Notes under the pieces: generated by a model
Told to the model about the DNA's origin: nothing
Databases searched by the model: none
What the model saw: the letters and a program-made list of their open reading frames with translations, nothing else
Translations under genes and position numbers: made by a program
Shown: piece after piece, positions 1 to 12,897 of the stretch
Position numbering within the stretch: position 1 is the first letter of the stretch
How the letters are laid out: every line of letters starts with the position of its first letter
DNA from: Narcine bancroftii
Lineage: Eukaryota
DNA length: 64,000 nt
Assembly (NCBI RefSeq): GCF_036971445.1
Contig: NC_091476.1
Location: forward strand, 138,508,001-138,572,000
Direction: 5' to 3'

Positions 1-384
1 TGAAAGAGCTGGGGGGTCACACCTTTTGCCCTGTTCACTGCTCAAGATTGTCTGGCACACAGTTCTAAATCTTACATTGACTAACTTGTAAGTGTTGTAT
101 TGTATGCAAAAAAACAAAACAATATTTTGATGGATGATCAAAGAAAGAGAAAAAATTCCTGTCACACCAACAAATAATTGATATGTGGTTGTTGACAAAT
201 CAGAATAATCAATCCCCTTTTATTAATTTATAGTACATTGACATAGTGGAGAAAGCTTGCATACCATGGAACCACATAGGTTCAGTCATCTATTCCTCAC
301 CAGCATGCCATACTTATCATTTGCCAAGTTCAAATTACCTACACAGTCGTAAAACATTATTTGATGCATTGTCGTTGAACCAGA

Positions 385-1425
385 AAGTTTGCAGATGCTG
401 TGATGGTAGATTACACAAAAATGCTGGAGAAACTCAGCAAATCACACAGTGTTCTTTATGTAGCAAAGATAATGAATCACAACCAAGGTTTTGGACCTGA
501 TCTCTTCAAGGTATGAAAAAAGAGCAGGCAGGTTTCTGAATAAAATGGTGGGGGTGGGGGGGAGGGGCGAAACATAAGCCCACAGGGAAGAGGTAGATAT
601 GAGAAAAAAGTTGAGGTGATAGGGGAAGGGGATAGGTCTGAATGGATAAGAAAGGGGCTGGACAGCTGGAGGAAAGGAGGCAGAGGGATAGGGAGAGAAG
701 GAGATAGGGGTGTGTCCTAACGAAAACTGGAGAAGTTGATGGCAATACTTGACAGATGGAGAATGCCCAGATGGAATATTAGGTGATGCCCCTCCATTTT
801 GAAGATTACCTCAATTTGGCAATTCATGAGGCCATGGACAGACGTGTTGGTATGGGAATGAGGCACAGAATTGAAATGCCCACTGGGAGGCCCCTGCCAT
901 TGCAAAGGTGATCAGTGAAACGATCTCCCAGTCAGCATGCAGTCTCGCCAATGTAGAGAAGGTCATAACTAGAGCAGAGGATGTGTTAGATGACCCTCGT
1001 AGATTCACACGTGAAGTGTTTCATTTCGAAGGACTGTTTGGGGCCATGAATGGTGGTGAGGGAGAAGGTGTGGGCACTGATGCACAATCAATTACTTGAA
1101 AGACTATTATAAAGAAACCAATAGGCTTTTATTCACTTAAGAACACAAGCACATCCATACATTTGGTTGTCCTGCACTGAGCTGCAAGGGACTGTGGAAC
1201 AGTCACCTTTATACAGGAACCTGTGGAGAGGAGCCACAGGTACAACGACCAATAGGTGTGTCTGACCAGACAATTAAACATAACAATGGTTTACCACAGG
1301 CACAAGTGTAGCACTTCCTGCAGTCACAGGGTTAGGTACCAAGGGGGCAATTAGGGAAAAGAGATGATGGGCGAGGGAGGAGTCCCTGCAGAAGATGGAA
1401 AGGGGAGGAATGGGGAATATGTGTT
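385..1425 (-). mobile_element. Penelope-like element 3' fragment (GIY-YIG endonuclease C-terminus plus terminal repeat)
   Basis: Minus-strand remnants KHFTCESTRVI..IGET..LGDRF and HFNSVPHSH..GHHLIFHLGILH..INFSSFR, then the tgctggagaaactcagca terminal motif. Interrupted by a solo LTR. Confidence 0.75.
1078..1298 (-). mobile_element. Solo LTR (221 bp)
   Basis: TG...CA ends, 5-bp TSD GGCAC (1073-1077 and 1299-1303), TATAAA and AATAAA on the minus strand. Confidence 0.85.
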
Positions 1426-1636
1426 TAGTAGTTCATTGTTAATTGGCCTAAATTTTTGGCAAATTTTCAGACAATTTTATCTTGAGATTCAGGTGGTGTT
1501 TCTGTGTGTGTGTGTGTGTGAGGCACAAAAATTGACATTATTACTGATACTACGATTTTAATATGTACTATTTCTCTCTCCTCTTTCCACTTCATTCTTC
1601 AACATTTTCCAATCATGCTTGTGTCCTATTTCAAAG

Positions 1637-1729
1637 TTTGGAACAGGAATACTCTGGCAACAACCTCTGCCCTATCAAGTGTACCAGCCACTGCCCTGGA
1701 AAGTGCAGAGTGTCAGTCGTGTGGACAAG
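1637..1729 (+). CDS. Candidate upstream exon of the PCP4-like gene (xWNRNTLATTSALSSVPATALESAECQSCGQ)
   Basis: Long pyrimidine tract ending tcaaag, donor caag|gtaaaa. 93 nt, open, phase 1-1, compatible with the 13770 acceptor. No recognisable homology. Confidence 0.4.
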
Positions 1730-2724
1730 GTAAAAAGCCACTTGTTCTTTTTGGATTATAGATTGATCGCTGCAACCATTTTTATACATAATTTTTTTTT
1801 AAAGTATTTATTATACATAAATTATAACAACTGTAAAACTTTGATCAATGCGATTTCAGAGTTTGTTCTGCTTGTGTAAGTGCTCTATCACCTCCATATC
1901 CTGAGTATTTTTGGAGGTTAGTGGCAGTATGCTTAATTTAAATCTCTCTGCAGAGACTTGGACACAATGATTTGGAATCCAGCCATGCTCAACAGTGGTC
2001 ACAGCGCATTTAAGGGTAGGGGGCAAAGATTGAAATCATGAATATTTTTTTGTTAGTCAGTAGGAGAGAAGTATGGAAGAAACCAACTAAACTTGACTGC
2101 TTCACAGGGAGGGGACCCATAAACTTTGAGCAGAATCTTATGGAGGGCATAGCCATTAAAAGGCTGAGAATTAGCTGGGTTAGACTGATGCACCTGTGTT
2201 CTTCTGGGAGAATATTGTGAATTGAGGTCATGAGTCATAGAGTTTGGCCAATCTACCCATGCTGACCAAACTACTTCACTCACACTAGTCCCACCTGCCC
2301 CCATTTGGCCAATATCTCTCTAAACTGGTCCCTGTATTTGTCTAAATTGCCCTTAAACTTTGCAATAGCATCTGGCTCAACTACCTCCTCTGGTAGCTTG
2401 TTCCATATACCCACATCCTTTGTTTATTTTCTAACAGGATCAGTGGCACTTCAAAAGAGGTACCATATTGGTCTTTGTATGAACTGATTATACTGTCATC
2501 CTTCCTCTATTACTTAATAGTAAAGTTCATGCTTGGGTCTCAAGAGCTGTGGGGAAAGGTGAAAGCGCACAGAAAGAGGCACTACCGGGTCAGTACCAAC
2601 CATGTGTAACTCATTTGCACTAAACCTCCACCATGATGCCACTCCAAACTAGTTTCATGTGCCTCACATCCCTTTAATCCCTTCCAGATTCTAGCATTTG
2701 CCTGCGCACATGGGCCAATAACCT

Positions 2725-2865
2725 AATAATTAGGGCCTATTTAGGATATGGGAGGAAACTAAACCACCCAGAGGGAGAATATGCAATGCTTCACATAGAC
2801 AGCACCAGAGGTGAGGCTTGAACCTGTGTCCCCGGCATTGTAAGGCAATGGCTCTATCAGCTAAG
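2725..2865 (-). mobile_element. tRNA-derived SINE. Related copies at ~14050-14215(+), 17270-17390(-), 21000-21250(-), 25230-25460(-), 36760-36965(-), 38470-38735(-), 53480-53610(-), 54965-55130(+)
   Basis: Shared core gctgtctgtgtggagtttgcatgttctcccc...gggtttcctcc and tRNA-like heads with a B-box (ggttcaa) in many dispersed copies. Confidence 0.7.
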
Positions 2866-3776
2866 CTGTGGGATTTTGAAAGGTAAAAACCTAAATGTTT
2901 GTCTGGACTGTCTTGCTCTGACTGACTCACCATTGGAATACCGAGAGAGTGGTGAAATATTTAACTCCATTAAAGGATGGAATTCTAATATTCCCAGCAT
3001 TTTGTTTGAAAATAACCCTTTTCTATTCATATCCTCACAGCCAGAATTGAAAATAACCCTCGAGAATCCAAATGTCATAATTTGGAACTTTGTGAACACA
3101 TCGGGATCATTCTGATCCTGGGTCACACACTAGTTATTGTTACAAACAGCAGTGTCCAATTAAATGTATTATTGATATACTGTATAAAAGGTGAAGGATC
3201 CAGGATAAATAAAGGCTTGCAGATTCCCTGTTTATTCGGACACATAGTGAGAAAAACCATGTCCCATTGTCACACAATTCATTGCTGTCAATAATTCAGT
3301 CCTCTAGTGTATTCATTCACAGATTGTGGGCAGTTGCAAGGCACGTAATCACTTTTGGGAAGACCAATAAGGGCAGCAGCTTGCCTTTCATGAAGCAAAT
3401 CTAATTTTTATGACAATTTAATAAGCTTGCAGTCACCATTATTAATGCTAGCTTTTTAATCACAGATTTTCTTAGTTCATTGAATTAAAAAAATCCCCAC
3501 AGGTGCCATGCTGGGATTTGAACTCAAATCTTCAGAATTTTAATCCAATGACATAACCAAAATTGTACCGCACCCACCTGAATTAAATGCTTCTGTTTTA
3601 TTTAAAGTCATCCCTTTGGCAAAATCAGTGATTGGGTGAAATTGAAGTACAGTAAAAATCGCCAGTATCTGGCACCAATGGGGACTGGTAGATGCCAGAT
3701 TAATGAATTTGTGTGTTGAGTAGATTGGCAAACTGACTGCTAGGGGGGGTCAATTTTAAACTTTTGTATTTTTTAC

Positions 3777-4171
3777 CATAGGCACTTCTCAGTTATATGA
3801 TGGGGTTACGTTCCGGTGAACCCATCGAAAGTCAAAATAGAATACCACGCCCACCATTTTTTATAATTAAAAATTGAATACCTTTATTTCACACTGAAAA
3901 ACACCATTAATGTACACACTTGAAGGCACACTGGGCATGAAGAATGTTTGAAGCTTTGAGACTGCGAGTGTGGTTGAGCCAGCATCGCGAGAGAGAATGC
4001 TGTATGATACTTTCAGGTGATGCTGCCTTTGCTCAGCATCGCAAGAGAGTAGCGTACCACCTATCGCAAGTGTAGGAACAGATTGGAATTTAAATTGAAA
4101 CCACTGATTCAAATCATGATAACTTTGAAAAATTGTAAATCAGACCATCGTAAGTAGGAGAGCACCTATAT
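3777..4171. mobile_element. Non-autonomous Tc1/mariner (Tigger/pogo-like) MITE
   Basis: Degenerate terminal inverted repeats cataggcacttctcagttatatgatgg / ccatcgtaagtaggagagcacctata; no ORF. Confidence 0.55.
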
Positions 4172-5819
4172 TTATTTTCCATGATTTTGTTTTTGCCGGT
4201 TGCTTGAGGCTATTGTTTGCTTGAATTCCAGATAACGGGGATTTTACTGTATTCCTATGCAAGTAAGCAGGGGAAAAGAGGAAATGGAATGTTCTGATAG
4301 TACATTGGAATTAATTAAAAATGACTTTCATTAAAAACAAAGTTCTCCTTGCTGCTTAAGCAACCTCTCCATGTCTGCACCTGCTCCAGGTTTTAAAGCA
4401 CTGACCAGAGTGATTAAGGCGTTTTGGATGCACTGCAAATAAAACACAGGGAACAAGGAAGTCATCTTGTTGATATTCCAACAATATGATCTCCATTGAT
4501 GAAAGAAACACCAGAGTAACAAAATAGATGCTTCTCCCAGGCTGATAAACAATTGAACAAGGCCCAGTATGCTGTGTGAGCTTGTTGCATGACTGATGCT
4601 GTTTGCAGCCAGCGTTGACATTTTTATAATTCTATAATCCCTGCTGTGATTTCCACCATCTGTGCATCTCCAGCAGAAGGAATGTGACCTTCCAGTGCTC
4701 AGGGAAAACAGCAGAGTCAAGGGAAAAGGAAGGCAAGAATTTTGCTGGGCTCATAAAAAATGTTGCCAAGTCAAAACTTGACAGTTGAATCGAAATCCAG
4801 ACCATCAGTTCTGAGAGAGAGTGAACTCCTTTCCTGAGAAACAAAATCAATTACATCATTTGTTTTTCAAAGGACAAACCTTTTCTTGCTAACATATCCA
4901 ATGAAAGTTCAGATATATTAATTATGTTTTTCCACAAAATGTTTTTCTTTAATATTGAAATCTTTCAGAAGAGAATGAGATGATTCTTATGGAAAGGTAA
5001 ACAGTGAAGTTAGTAGGCCACACAGCCCAATGAGGAAAGAACATTTTTTGTTTGAAATATGTCGTTTCTTTTCTATAAATGTATATACAGTATTCATATA
5101 CGTTGGCATCATTGACTAGGCCAGCACGTCCATCTTGGGCCTTTGGGCATCAAGAAATGTTTGGGGACTTAAGGAGGCCAGTGAGCCCATTAAATATGTG
5201 CTGATCCTTCAGAGAGCAAGACTGTTAGTCCCCTTTCCCTGCTCATTCCTGTAGCCTTGTCAATTGTTCTCTTTCAAGTGCTTGTCCAATTCCCTTTTCA
5301 AAGCAGTAATTGGAAAGGATCAACGAGGTCAGGGGTAAAATTAATTTCTTCACATGAGCAACATTTGGAGTGGTTTGGAGTCAGTGGTTGGAAACCTTTG
5401 ATTTATTCAGTGAGCACCAAGATGATGTTCATTCTCCTTTTTGATGCCATGTGCTGAACCAGAAGGCTGGGCTCCTTCATCTAAGAACATCCAAAGAACA
5501 TCATGGTTGTGAAGTTTGAGTACGTCTCAGTAGTTTAAAGCCGGTATCTCTTGATGAAGATCTGGGAACTAGACCAGAGGAAGACATTCCTTCAGGAAAT
5601 CTTCATCTACTACTCCCTTCAACCATCGATAAGCTCAATATAATCCTGATGTACCTTTCTGGGCCTCCCATGTAAACTGCAACAATGATCATTAAGAAGT
5701 TGACAGTTGATGGTTGTTTGAGAGCAAACATAAATTTGATTGATAATAGTTTGTGTTGTACTATTAATTTACACAATCAAACCGCATGGATTACTTATAT
5801 CCTTTTGTAATCAAGACTT

Positions 5820-8665
5820 AAGAAGTGAGATGGAGGAGGATAAAAGACATGCGAGGACTCCATGTATAGTCAGAAATCATAGGTTTGTATGTGATAGAAA
5901 TTTTTTCAGGTGTATTTACTTTAATTTAAGAAGTATTGTTAGAAAGGCAGATGAGTTTAGGACATGGATTGACATGTTGGATTATGATATTATTGCTATT
6001 AGTGAGACTTGTTTGCAGGATGGGCAAGACTGGCATCTTAATGTTCCAGGGTACCGTTGCTTCAGACGTGATATAGGAGGAGGAATGAAGGGGGAGGAGT
6101 GGCATTGCTAGTCAGGGAAAATATATCAGTCGTGCGGTCAGGACAGCCAGGAAGACTTGACTAGAGAGGCCATATGGGTGCAGCTGAAAAATGGGAAAGG
6201 TGTGACCACACTGATAGGGTTGTATTATAGACTGCCCAATTGACAGAGAAAATTGAAGGAGGAAATCTGTAGCGAGATAGCAGACCGATGTAAGAAACAG
6301 AACATTGTGATAGTAGGAGATTTTAACTTCCCAAATATTGATTGGAACTCCCATACTGAAAAAGGGCTGGATGGCTTGGGGTTTGTAAAATGTGTCTAGG
6401 AAATTTTTCTAAACCAATACATAGTACATAGAGGTACCAACGAGAGAGAATACAATGCTTTATCTCCTATTAGGGAACAAGACAGGTCAGAAGATTAATG
6501 TATGTGTAGGTGAATATTTTGGATCCATTGATCATAATGTCATTAGCTTCAAGTTATGTATAGAGAAGGATAAGTCTGGTCCTCATGTTGGGGTTTTAAA
6601 TTGGAGGAAAGCAAATTTTGTGGAAATAGAAAAGATCTAGGAAGAGTGGATTTGAATAAGTTGTGTTATGGCAAGGGTGTGTTAGGTAAGTTGAAGGCCT
6701 TCAAGGGTGAAATCTTGAGAGTGCAAAGTTTTCATGTTCCTGTTAGGATTAAAGGGAAAGTTACCAGGCATAGGTATCCTTGGTTTTCTATGGATATTAG
6801 ACATCTTGTTAAGAAAAAGAGGGAGGTGTATAGCAAGTATAGGCAACAAGGAGCTAATGAGGTACTTGAAGAGTTCAAGAAAATCAAGAAAGAAATCAGG
6901 AAGGCAAAAAGAAGACACGAGGCTACTCTGGGAGATTATATGAAGGAAAATCTTAAGGGTTTCTATAAGTATATGAGTAAAAGGGTAGTAAGGGACAAAA
7001 TTTGTCCCCTAGAGGATCAGAGTGGTCAATTATGTGAGGGGGAAGATCTTAAACAGGTTTTTTTTCCATCAGTATTTACTCAGGAAATCAGCATTATGCA
7101 TATGGAAGGAGGGGAAAAAAAACGGAAGAGTCATGGAACAGATGGAGATTAAGGAAGAAGAGGTGCTTGCTGCCTTACAGCGAATAAAGATAGATAAATC
7201 ACCTGGACCAGATATTCCCTCCGACATTGAGGGAGACTAGTGTAGAAATTTGTTGATATATTCTAAATGTCCTTGGCCACAGGTGAGATGCCAGAGGATT
7301 GGAGGGTAGCTCATGCTGTCTGTTTGTTTAAAAAAGGCTCCAAAAATAAACCAGGTAATTATAGGCTGGGTGAGCCTGATATCAGTAATGGGTAACTTAT
7401 TGGAAGAAGTTCTGGGAAACAGGATAGTCCTGGGCTGATTAAGGATATTCAGCACAGCTTTGTGTGTGGTAGGTCATGTTTAATGAATCTTGTAGAGTTT
7501 TTTGAAGAGGTTATCAAGAAGGGTGTTCAAGGAAAGGCAGTGGATATTGTCTACAAGGACTTTATTAAAGCTTTTGACATTATCTCACATGGGAAGTTAG
7601 TTCAGAAGGTTATGACACGAGGTATTTAAGGAGAAGTAAACTGGATTTGAAATTGGCAATGTGGGAGAAAACAGAGGGTGGTAGTGATGGTTGCTTCTCA
7701 GACTGGAGGCCTATGACTAGTGGTGTGCCTCAAGGATTCATGTTGGGACCATTGTTGTTTGTTGTCTGTATCAGTCATCTGGATGATAATGTGGAGAATT
7801 GGATCAGCAATTTTGCTGATGACACAAAGATAGGGGGCATTATGAACAGCGAGGAAAATTTTCAAAGCTTGCAGAAGGATCTGGACTAACTGGGAGAATG
7901 GGCCAGTAAATGGCAGATGGAGTTTGATGCATTTTGGAAGAGGAAAGCAAGGTAGGAGATATATAGTGAATGATAGGGCACTGAGGAGGGCGGAGGAGCA
8001 GAAATCTGGGAATACAATTACATTATTTCCTGAAGGTGGCATCACATGTGGACAGGGTTGTAAAGAAAGATTTTAGTATCTTAGCCTTCATAAATCAAAG
8101 TATTGAGTATAGGAGTTGGGATGTTATGTTGAAGTTTTTTAAGACATCGGTGAGGCCAAATTTGGAATATTGTGTGTAGTTCTGGTCGCCTAACTACAGG
8201 AAGGATATCAATAAGATTGAAAGAGTGCAGGATGTTGCCGGGTCTTCAGGAGTTGAGTTACAGGGAAAGATTAAATAGATTAGAACTTTATTCCTTGGAG
8301 TGAAGAAGAATGAGGGGAGACTTGATAGAAACTTACAAGATTATGAGAGGCATAGACAGAATGGATGCGAATAGGCTCTTTCCACTTACATTGGGGGAGA
8401 TAAATACAAGAGGTCATCATTTTAAGATGAAGGGGGAAAGGTTTAGGGGAAATTCTTCACTTAGAATGTGGAATGAGCTGCCATCAGATGTGGTGAATGC
8501 AGGCTCAATAGTGTGTTTTAAGAATAAATTGGTTAAGTACATGGATGGGAGAGGCCTGGAAGGTTATGGAATGGGAACAAATCACTGGGACTAGGGGGAT
8601 GATGGTTGGCATAGACTAGAGGGGCAAAATGGCCTGTTTTCTGTGCTGTAGCATTCTAATGTTCT
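5820..8665 (+). mobile_element. CR1-clade LINE, degraded ORF2 (APE endonuclease + RT) through the 3' end
   Basis: DIIAISET and VGDFN endonuclease motifs, SGVPQG..LGPLLF and FADDTK RT motifs, RGDLIETYKI tail. Many stops and frameshifts. Confidence 0.92.
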
Positions 8666-9569
8666 ATTTGTAAGCAAAGAGAAGCTGGAGGGACTCAGCA
8701 GATCAGGCAGTATACATGGATAGAAATGATTAAGCAACATTTTAAGTTGGGACCCTTTATTCAAAACTCTAATCAGTCTCAATAAAGGGTTCTGAAAGAA
8801 ACATTGAATTTTTATTTCCACAGATGCTGCCTGATCTGCGGAGTCCTCCAGCTTCCCTTTGTTTTCTCAAAATTCCAGCCACTGCAGTTTTTGTGTTTCT
8901 TAAATACTTTCCTCTGACATTCTCATTTAAGTAAGAACTAGATCAGAAATCCATAATTTCTCAGCAGAAAGCATTCATCTAATGGGATCTCAACCACATC
9001 TACAAGTGTCCAGAACATGGAAACTCGTATATGTCAGATTATAAAATGTAAATCTTGCTGGCTGGATCTATTAGTCTTGATCTACAGAACAGTTCTTCAA
9101 CTGTTAATAATTCAGAAGGTCATAGACTTCCACAGAAATTCTGAATATGAACCTCTGGATTCACCAAGTGGTTGACATGTCTGTGCTTCACGTGGAGTAT
9201 AATTGTTGGATTGCCCTACTTTATAATAGGTCAGACCAGGCATAGGATTGAAAGTCTCCATTCAGGAGGCAAGACATCAGTATTTTTAAAGTTCAGTTGT
9301 GTTTTTGTTGCTTCTAAATATTTTTACATTTTTGGTACATTGTAATAGTCAGGGGGCACTTAAACTGTTAAAATACCTTACTGGTTTGACAGAGGTTGTC
9401 AGTTTTGACTTCTGTGAAAGCTTGTCAGGGTTCTGCGAGCATGCATTCTGCTCTAAACTGCCTGAAGTCTAACAGGCTGACTCAAAGGTGCGGAGGCCCC
9501 GTGAGATCACAAGCTGATTGCACGTGTGCTAGGACTGTAGGCAGTGGGCTGGAGGATCCAACCCATTGT

Positions 9570-9675
9570 TTCTTTCTTCTTTGGCTTGGCTTCGCAGACG
9601 AAGATTTATGGAGGGGGTAAAAGTCCACGTCGGCTGCAGGCTCGATTGTGGCTGACAAGTCCGATGCGGGACAGG
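9570..9675 (-). mobile_element. 5'-truncated RTE-clade LINE 3' end with 11-bp TSD
   Basis: Minus strand reads CLSRIGLVSHNRACSRR (RTE C-terminal motif), then a gccaagccaaagaagaaaga tail. TSD CAACCCATTGT at 9559-9569 and 9676-9686. Confidence 0.85.
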
Positions 9676-10669
9676 CAACCCATTGTATTTACTCCTCTAT
9701 TATAGCTATACAGACACTATAAAGTCAACAGGAGCATAGAGAGGTAAGAGCGACAAGGTGATTACTGTTATAGTCAAATATAAACTGTAACACATGACAT
9801 CATGCATCGTATGCTGCAGCTGAATATACTCAAGTCCAAAGTATTACATTGTCTAAAAGGAAGACGAAACATTTCCGTTGGATGTAATTGTTATGGAGAT
9901 CCCATTTCACCACACCATCACAATTATGCTGATTTGACAAAGCTGAATCTTGAACAAGTATTTTGGCTGTGCAGTTTGCTGAAATGGGTGATTCGTAAAG
10001 AATTATGTCTTAGCAGAAATTCCCCAATTCAAGTTACATTATTTAGAAATTAGTGTATAATTTCTTTCTTTAAAATAAAGATTTTTTTAGCTGAAATGCA
10101 TAAAATCATGTTCCAGATTTATTTTATCTCGCATATTTAAAGGACTTTACCACTAGGAAGCACTGGCCTTGATTTTAAAGACAACAATCCCATGGTAATA
10201 AGATGCGCCTATTCAAGTTGATTCTTGCTTAAGATAGCCATTAGATCAGCACAATTTACAATGACCATTCACACAGATTCTTGTGCTCTTTCATAAGGAC
10301 AGAGGATTTCAACGAAGCAGCAGCGTTAACAGCTCAAAGGGTCACTCCACAAGAGGTAGGTTTTCAATTTCCACATGGCAACCATTCAGAATTCGAATTG
10401 CAACCATCTGGTGTTTCTGAGTCTTTTCTCCAGGTGTCCACACGACTGTTCAGGCAGGCCATGAGAGCTAAAGAAAGAAAAATAAGGAGAGGCCTGTATT
10501 GATATACCACCTTGTATGCCCCATTTAGAACACCCCAAAAGTATGGCAGACAAAAGTTGAAGTATATCATGTATGTTATATTTTTAATGTGTTATTATGT
10601 GATAATAAAAGGAATCTTGAAGTATTTTGGACCCTAGGTCAATGATTGAGCATAGGAAATGCAGCAGAC

Positions 10670-11465
10670 TACAGGTAGTCCCCGACTTATGACCTATGTG
10701 ACTTACGACCATCCTCACATAAGACTGAATTTTAAAAAAGTATATTAAAAGACATAAAACGTACACAGTTTATTTTGTATCTCACAAGCAATAACAGGGA
10801 TACAGGTCATATAAGAGCCAAAATGTGCATACTTACCTTGTTAGTTTGCACCCTGGGGCTGGGTGCAGCCTTCTTCATTCCTGTACGAATGTGCATGCAC
10901 TGTGGTTTTGTGTATTGGAATTTGGTTGGCGCATGCGCGAGAGTTAAGGAGGTGAATTCAATATTGTCAGTGCGCCTAACTCTCGCGCATGTGCCAACCA
11001 AACTCCAATATGCGAACCTGCCATGCATGTGTATTGAAGTTTGGTTGGCACATGCGCGAGAGTTATCCACACTGACAATATTGAATTCGTACATGCGTGA
11101 GATTTAAGGATGCAATTCTGTAATTGTTATATGGTCATATGATTTCAATATCGTCACACCTGCGCCAATCAAACTCCAACACGTGAACCCACCGAAGGCT
11201 TGTGTATGTGCACAGGATTCAAGATGGCCGTGCCCAGCCCCGGGACCCCAGAACGCCAACTAACAAGAATGTGGAAAGATTCACCAAGGTTGATTGAAAA
11301 ATTCAGGAAGCTTCGTTATTGTCAAATGTACAATGAAAAAAAAAATTAATCAAAAAGTTTGATTTAAGTCTTCGGTACTCCACACACGTGGGCACAATTC
11401 TGACTTGCATTCATTCCAAGGTACGACCAATTCTTTGGTCCCCATTATGGTTGAAAGTCAGTGTT
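10670..11465. mobile_element. Tigger/pogo-like non-autonomous DNA element with palindromic interior
   Basis: TA then CAGGTAGTCCCCGACTTATGACC left TIR; degenerate right end; nested inverted repeats at 10850-11245. Confidence 0.6.
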
Positions 11466-12154
11466 TTTGCACACAGTATTGCTCACGCCAACAGCAATTT
11501 AACAATGATTATTTTACTAACATTGTAACAAGGTAACAAACAAAACAAATAACAATTGTAACAATGACTGTTTTACTAACATTGATTTGAGCAGACCGAG
11601 TTGGTATAACCTGATGCCTTGAAATCAATGCCACTAGGATGTGTCGCCCAATTCTGGTGATTTGTCTCTATTGGTGAAAGAAAAATGAAAGAGAAGTATT
11701 GTCAGCTGCAGGATTACATTTTCCATGATGCATAATAATGTGAAAAATTACCAGTAGAGGGAGTGCTCAGTCAATTAAAGGAAGATGGGATAGAATTTCC
11801 AATGTGTTCCCCATGATTGGTTGGAGACTTGATGCAAAGCTCACCAGAAATGAAGTAAGTTGTGTTTCTCTTTGAGTACAAGTTCAGGTATGGTCTTGAA
11901 CAGGTGCAAGAGCAATGCAAGAACAACATTGTTCATGTAGCTGAAAGTTAATGGAATGGTTCGTATGTGGAGTGAGAAAAATGAAATTTGAGAGAGGCTC
12001 ATCATGACTTATAGATTCTAGAGAAGGAAAGAGTTATGAAAAAAAAAACAGCAGGGAAAGGCTATTACTGTGGTTTATTCAAGATTCTTTAGGCTGCACA
12101 CAATGACTTTACATAGTTATGATGCATATGTGTACATACAATATAATTTAGTAT

Positions 12155-12390
12155 ACTGTGACCAGGGTGATGGGGTCCTTTATGATGTTGGCCACCTTCT
12201 TGAAAGGCAGAGCCTCACGTCGATGCCCGCAATGCATGAGAGTTGGAGCTTGTGATGGACCTGGCTAGGTTTGCTACTGTCTGCAGTTCTGCATTCCTGG
12301 ATACTTGAATTACCAAACCAGGCCATGATCCAGACAGTCAGTGTACTTTCTTCAGTATACCTGTTGAAGTTTGATGGAATTTTTAAGACA
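12155..12390 (-). mobile_element. Rex-Babar-type LINE fragment
   Basis: ESTLTVWIMAWFGN motif, shared with the copies at 28600-32755, 56945-57520 and 60435-61315. Confidence 0.65.
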
Positions 12391-12685
12391 TTTGTGCAGA
12401 ATACAGAAAATAAGTACTTTTGCAAAGACTAAACTATCGACTTCGAATCTCTCTCAACAGATTCTTTGACATCTGAGTCTTTCTAGCATTTTCTATTTAT
12501 GTTCCTGGTTAGAATATGTTGTTCTTGCTGTATATTTTTAGGATGTTGAAAGAGTGCAAGCATCTTAAAAAAGTGTATAATATTACAAAAGGAAGAGTGT
12601 TAAAGGAAAGCAGAAAGATTAGACTATATTAATCTTTTTGGAATTGTCTCTCTGAATATGCAAACAAGTTGACATCCCATCAATA

Positions 12686-12897
12686 GAGATAAAATTGGCA
12701 CTTAACAGGGTTTCAACAGTGTCATTACACCCAGCTCCCTGATATTGCAAGGCCTGAGATAAAATTGGCACTTAACATGGTTTCAAAGGTGTCATTACAT
12801 CCAGCTCCCTGATATTGCAAGGCCCGAGATTAAATTGGCACTTAACATGGTTTCAATGGTGTCATTACACCCAGCTCCCTGATATTGCAAGGCCCGA
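12686..12897. repeat. 70-bp tandem repeat, 3 copies
   Basis: Units start at 12686, 12756 and 12826 (gagataaaattggcacttaac...gatattgcaaggcc), near-identical. Confidence 0.95.

Noticed and set aside
12686-12897. CRISPR-like array
   Set aside because: Head-to-tail tandem repeat with no unique spacers, in vertebrate DNA.
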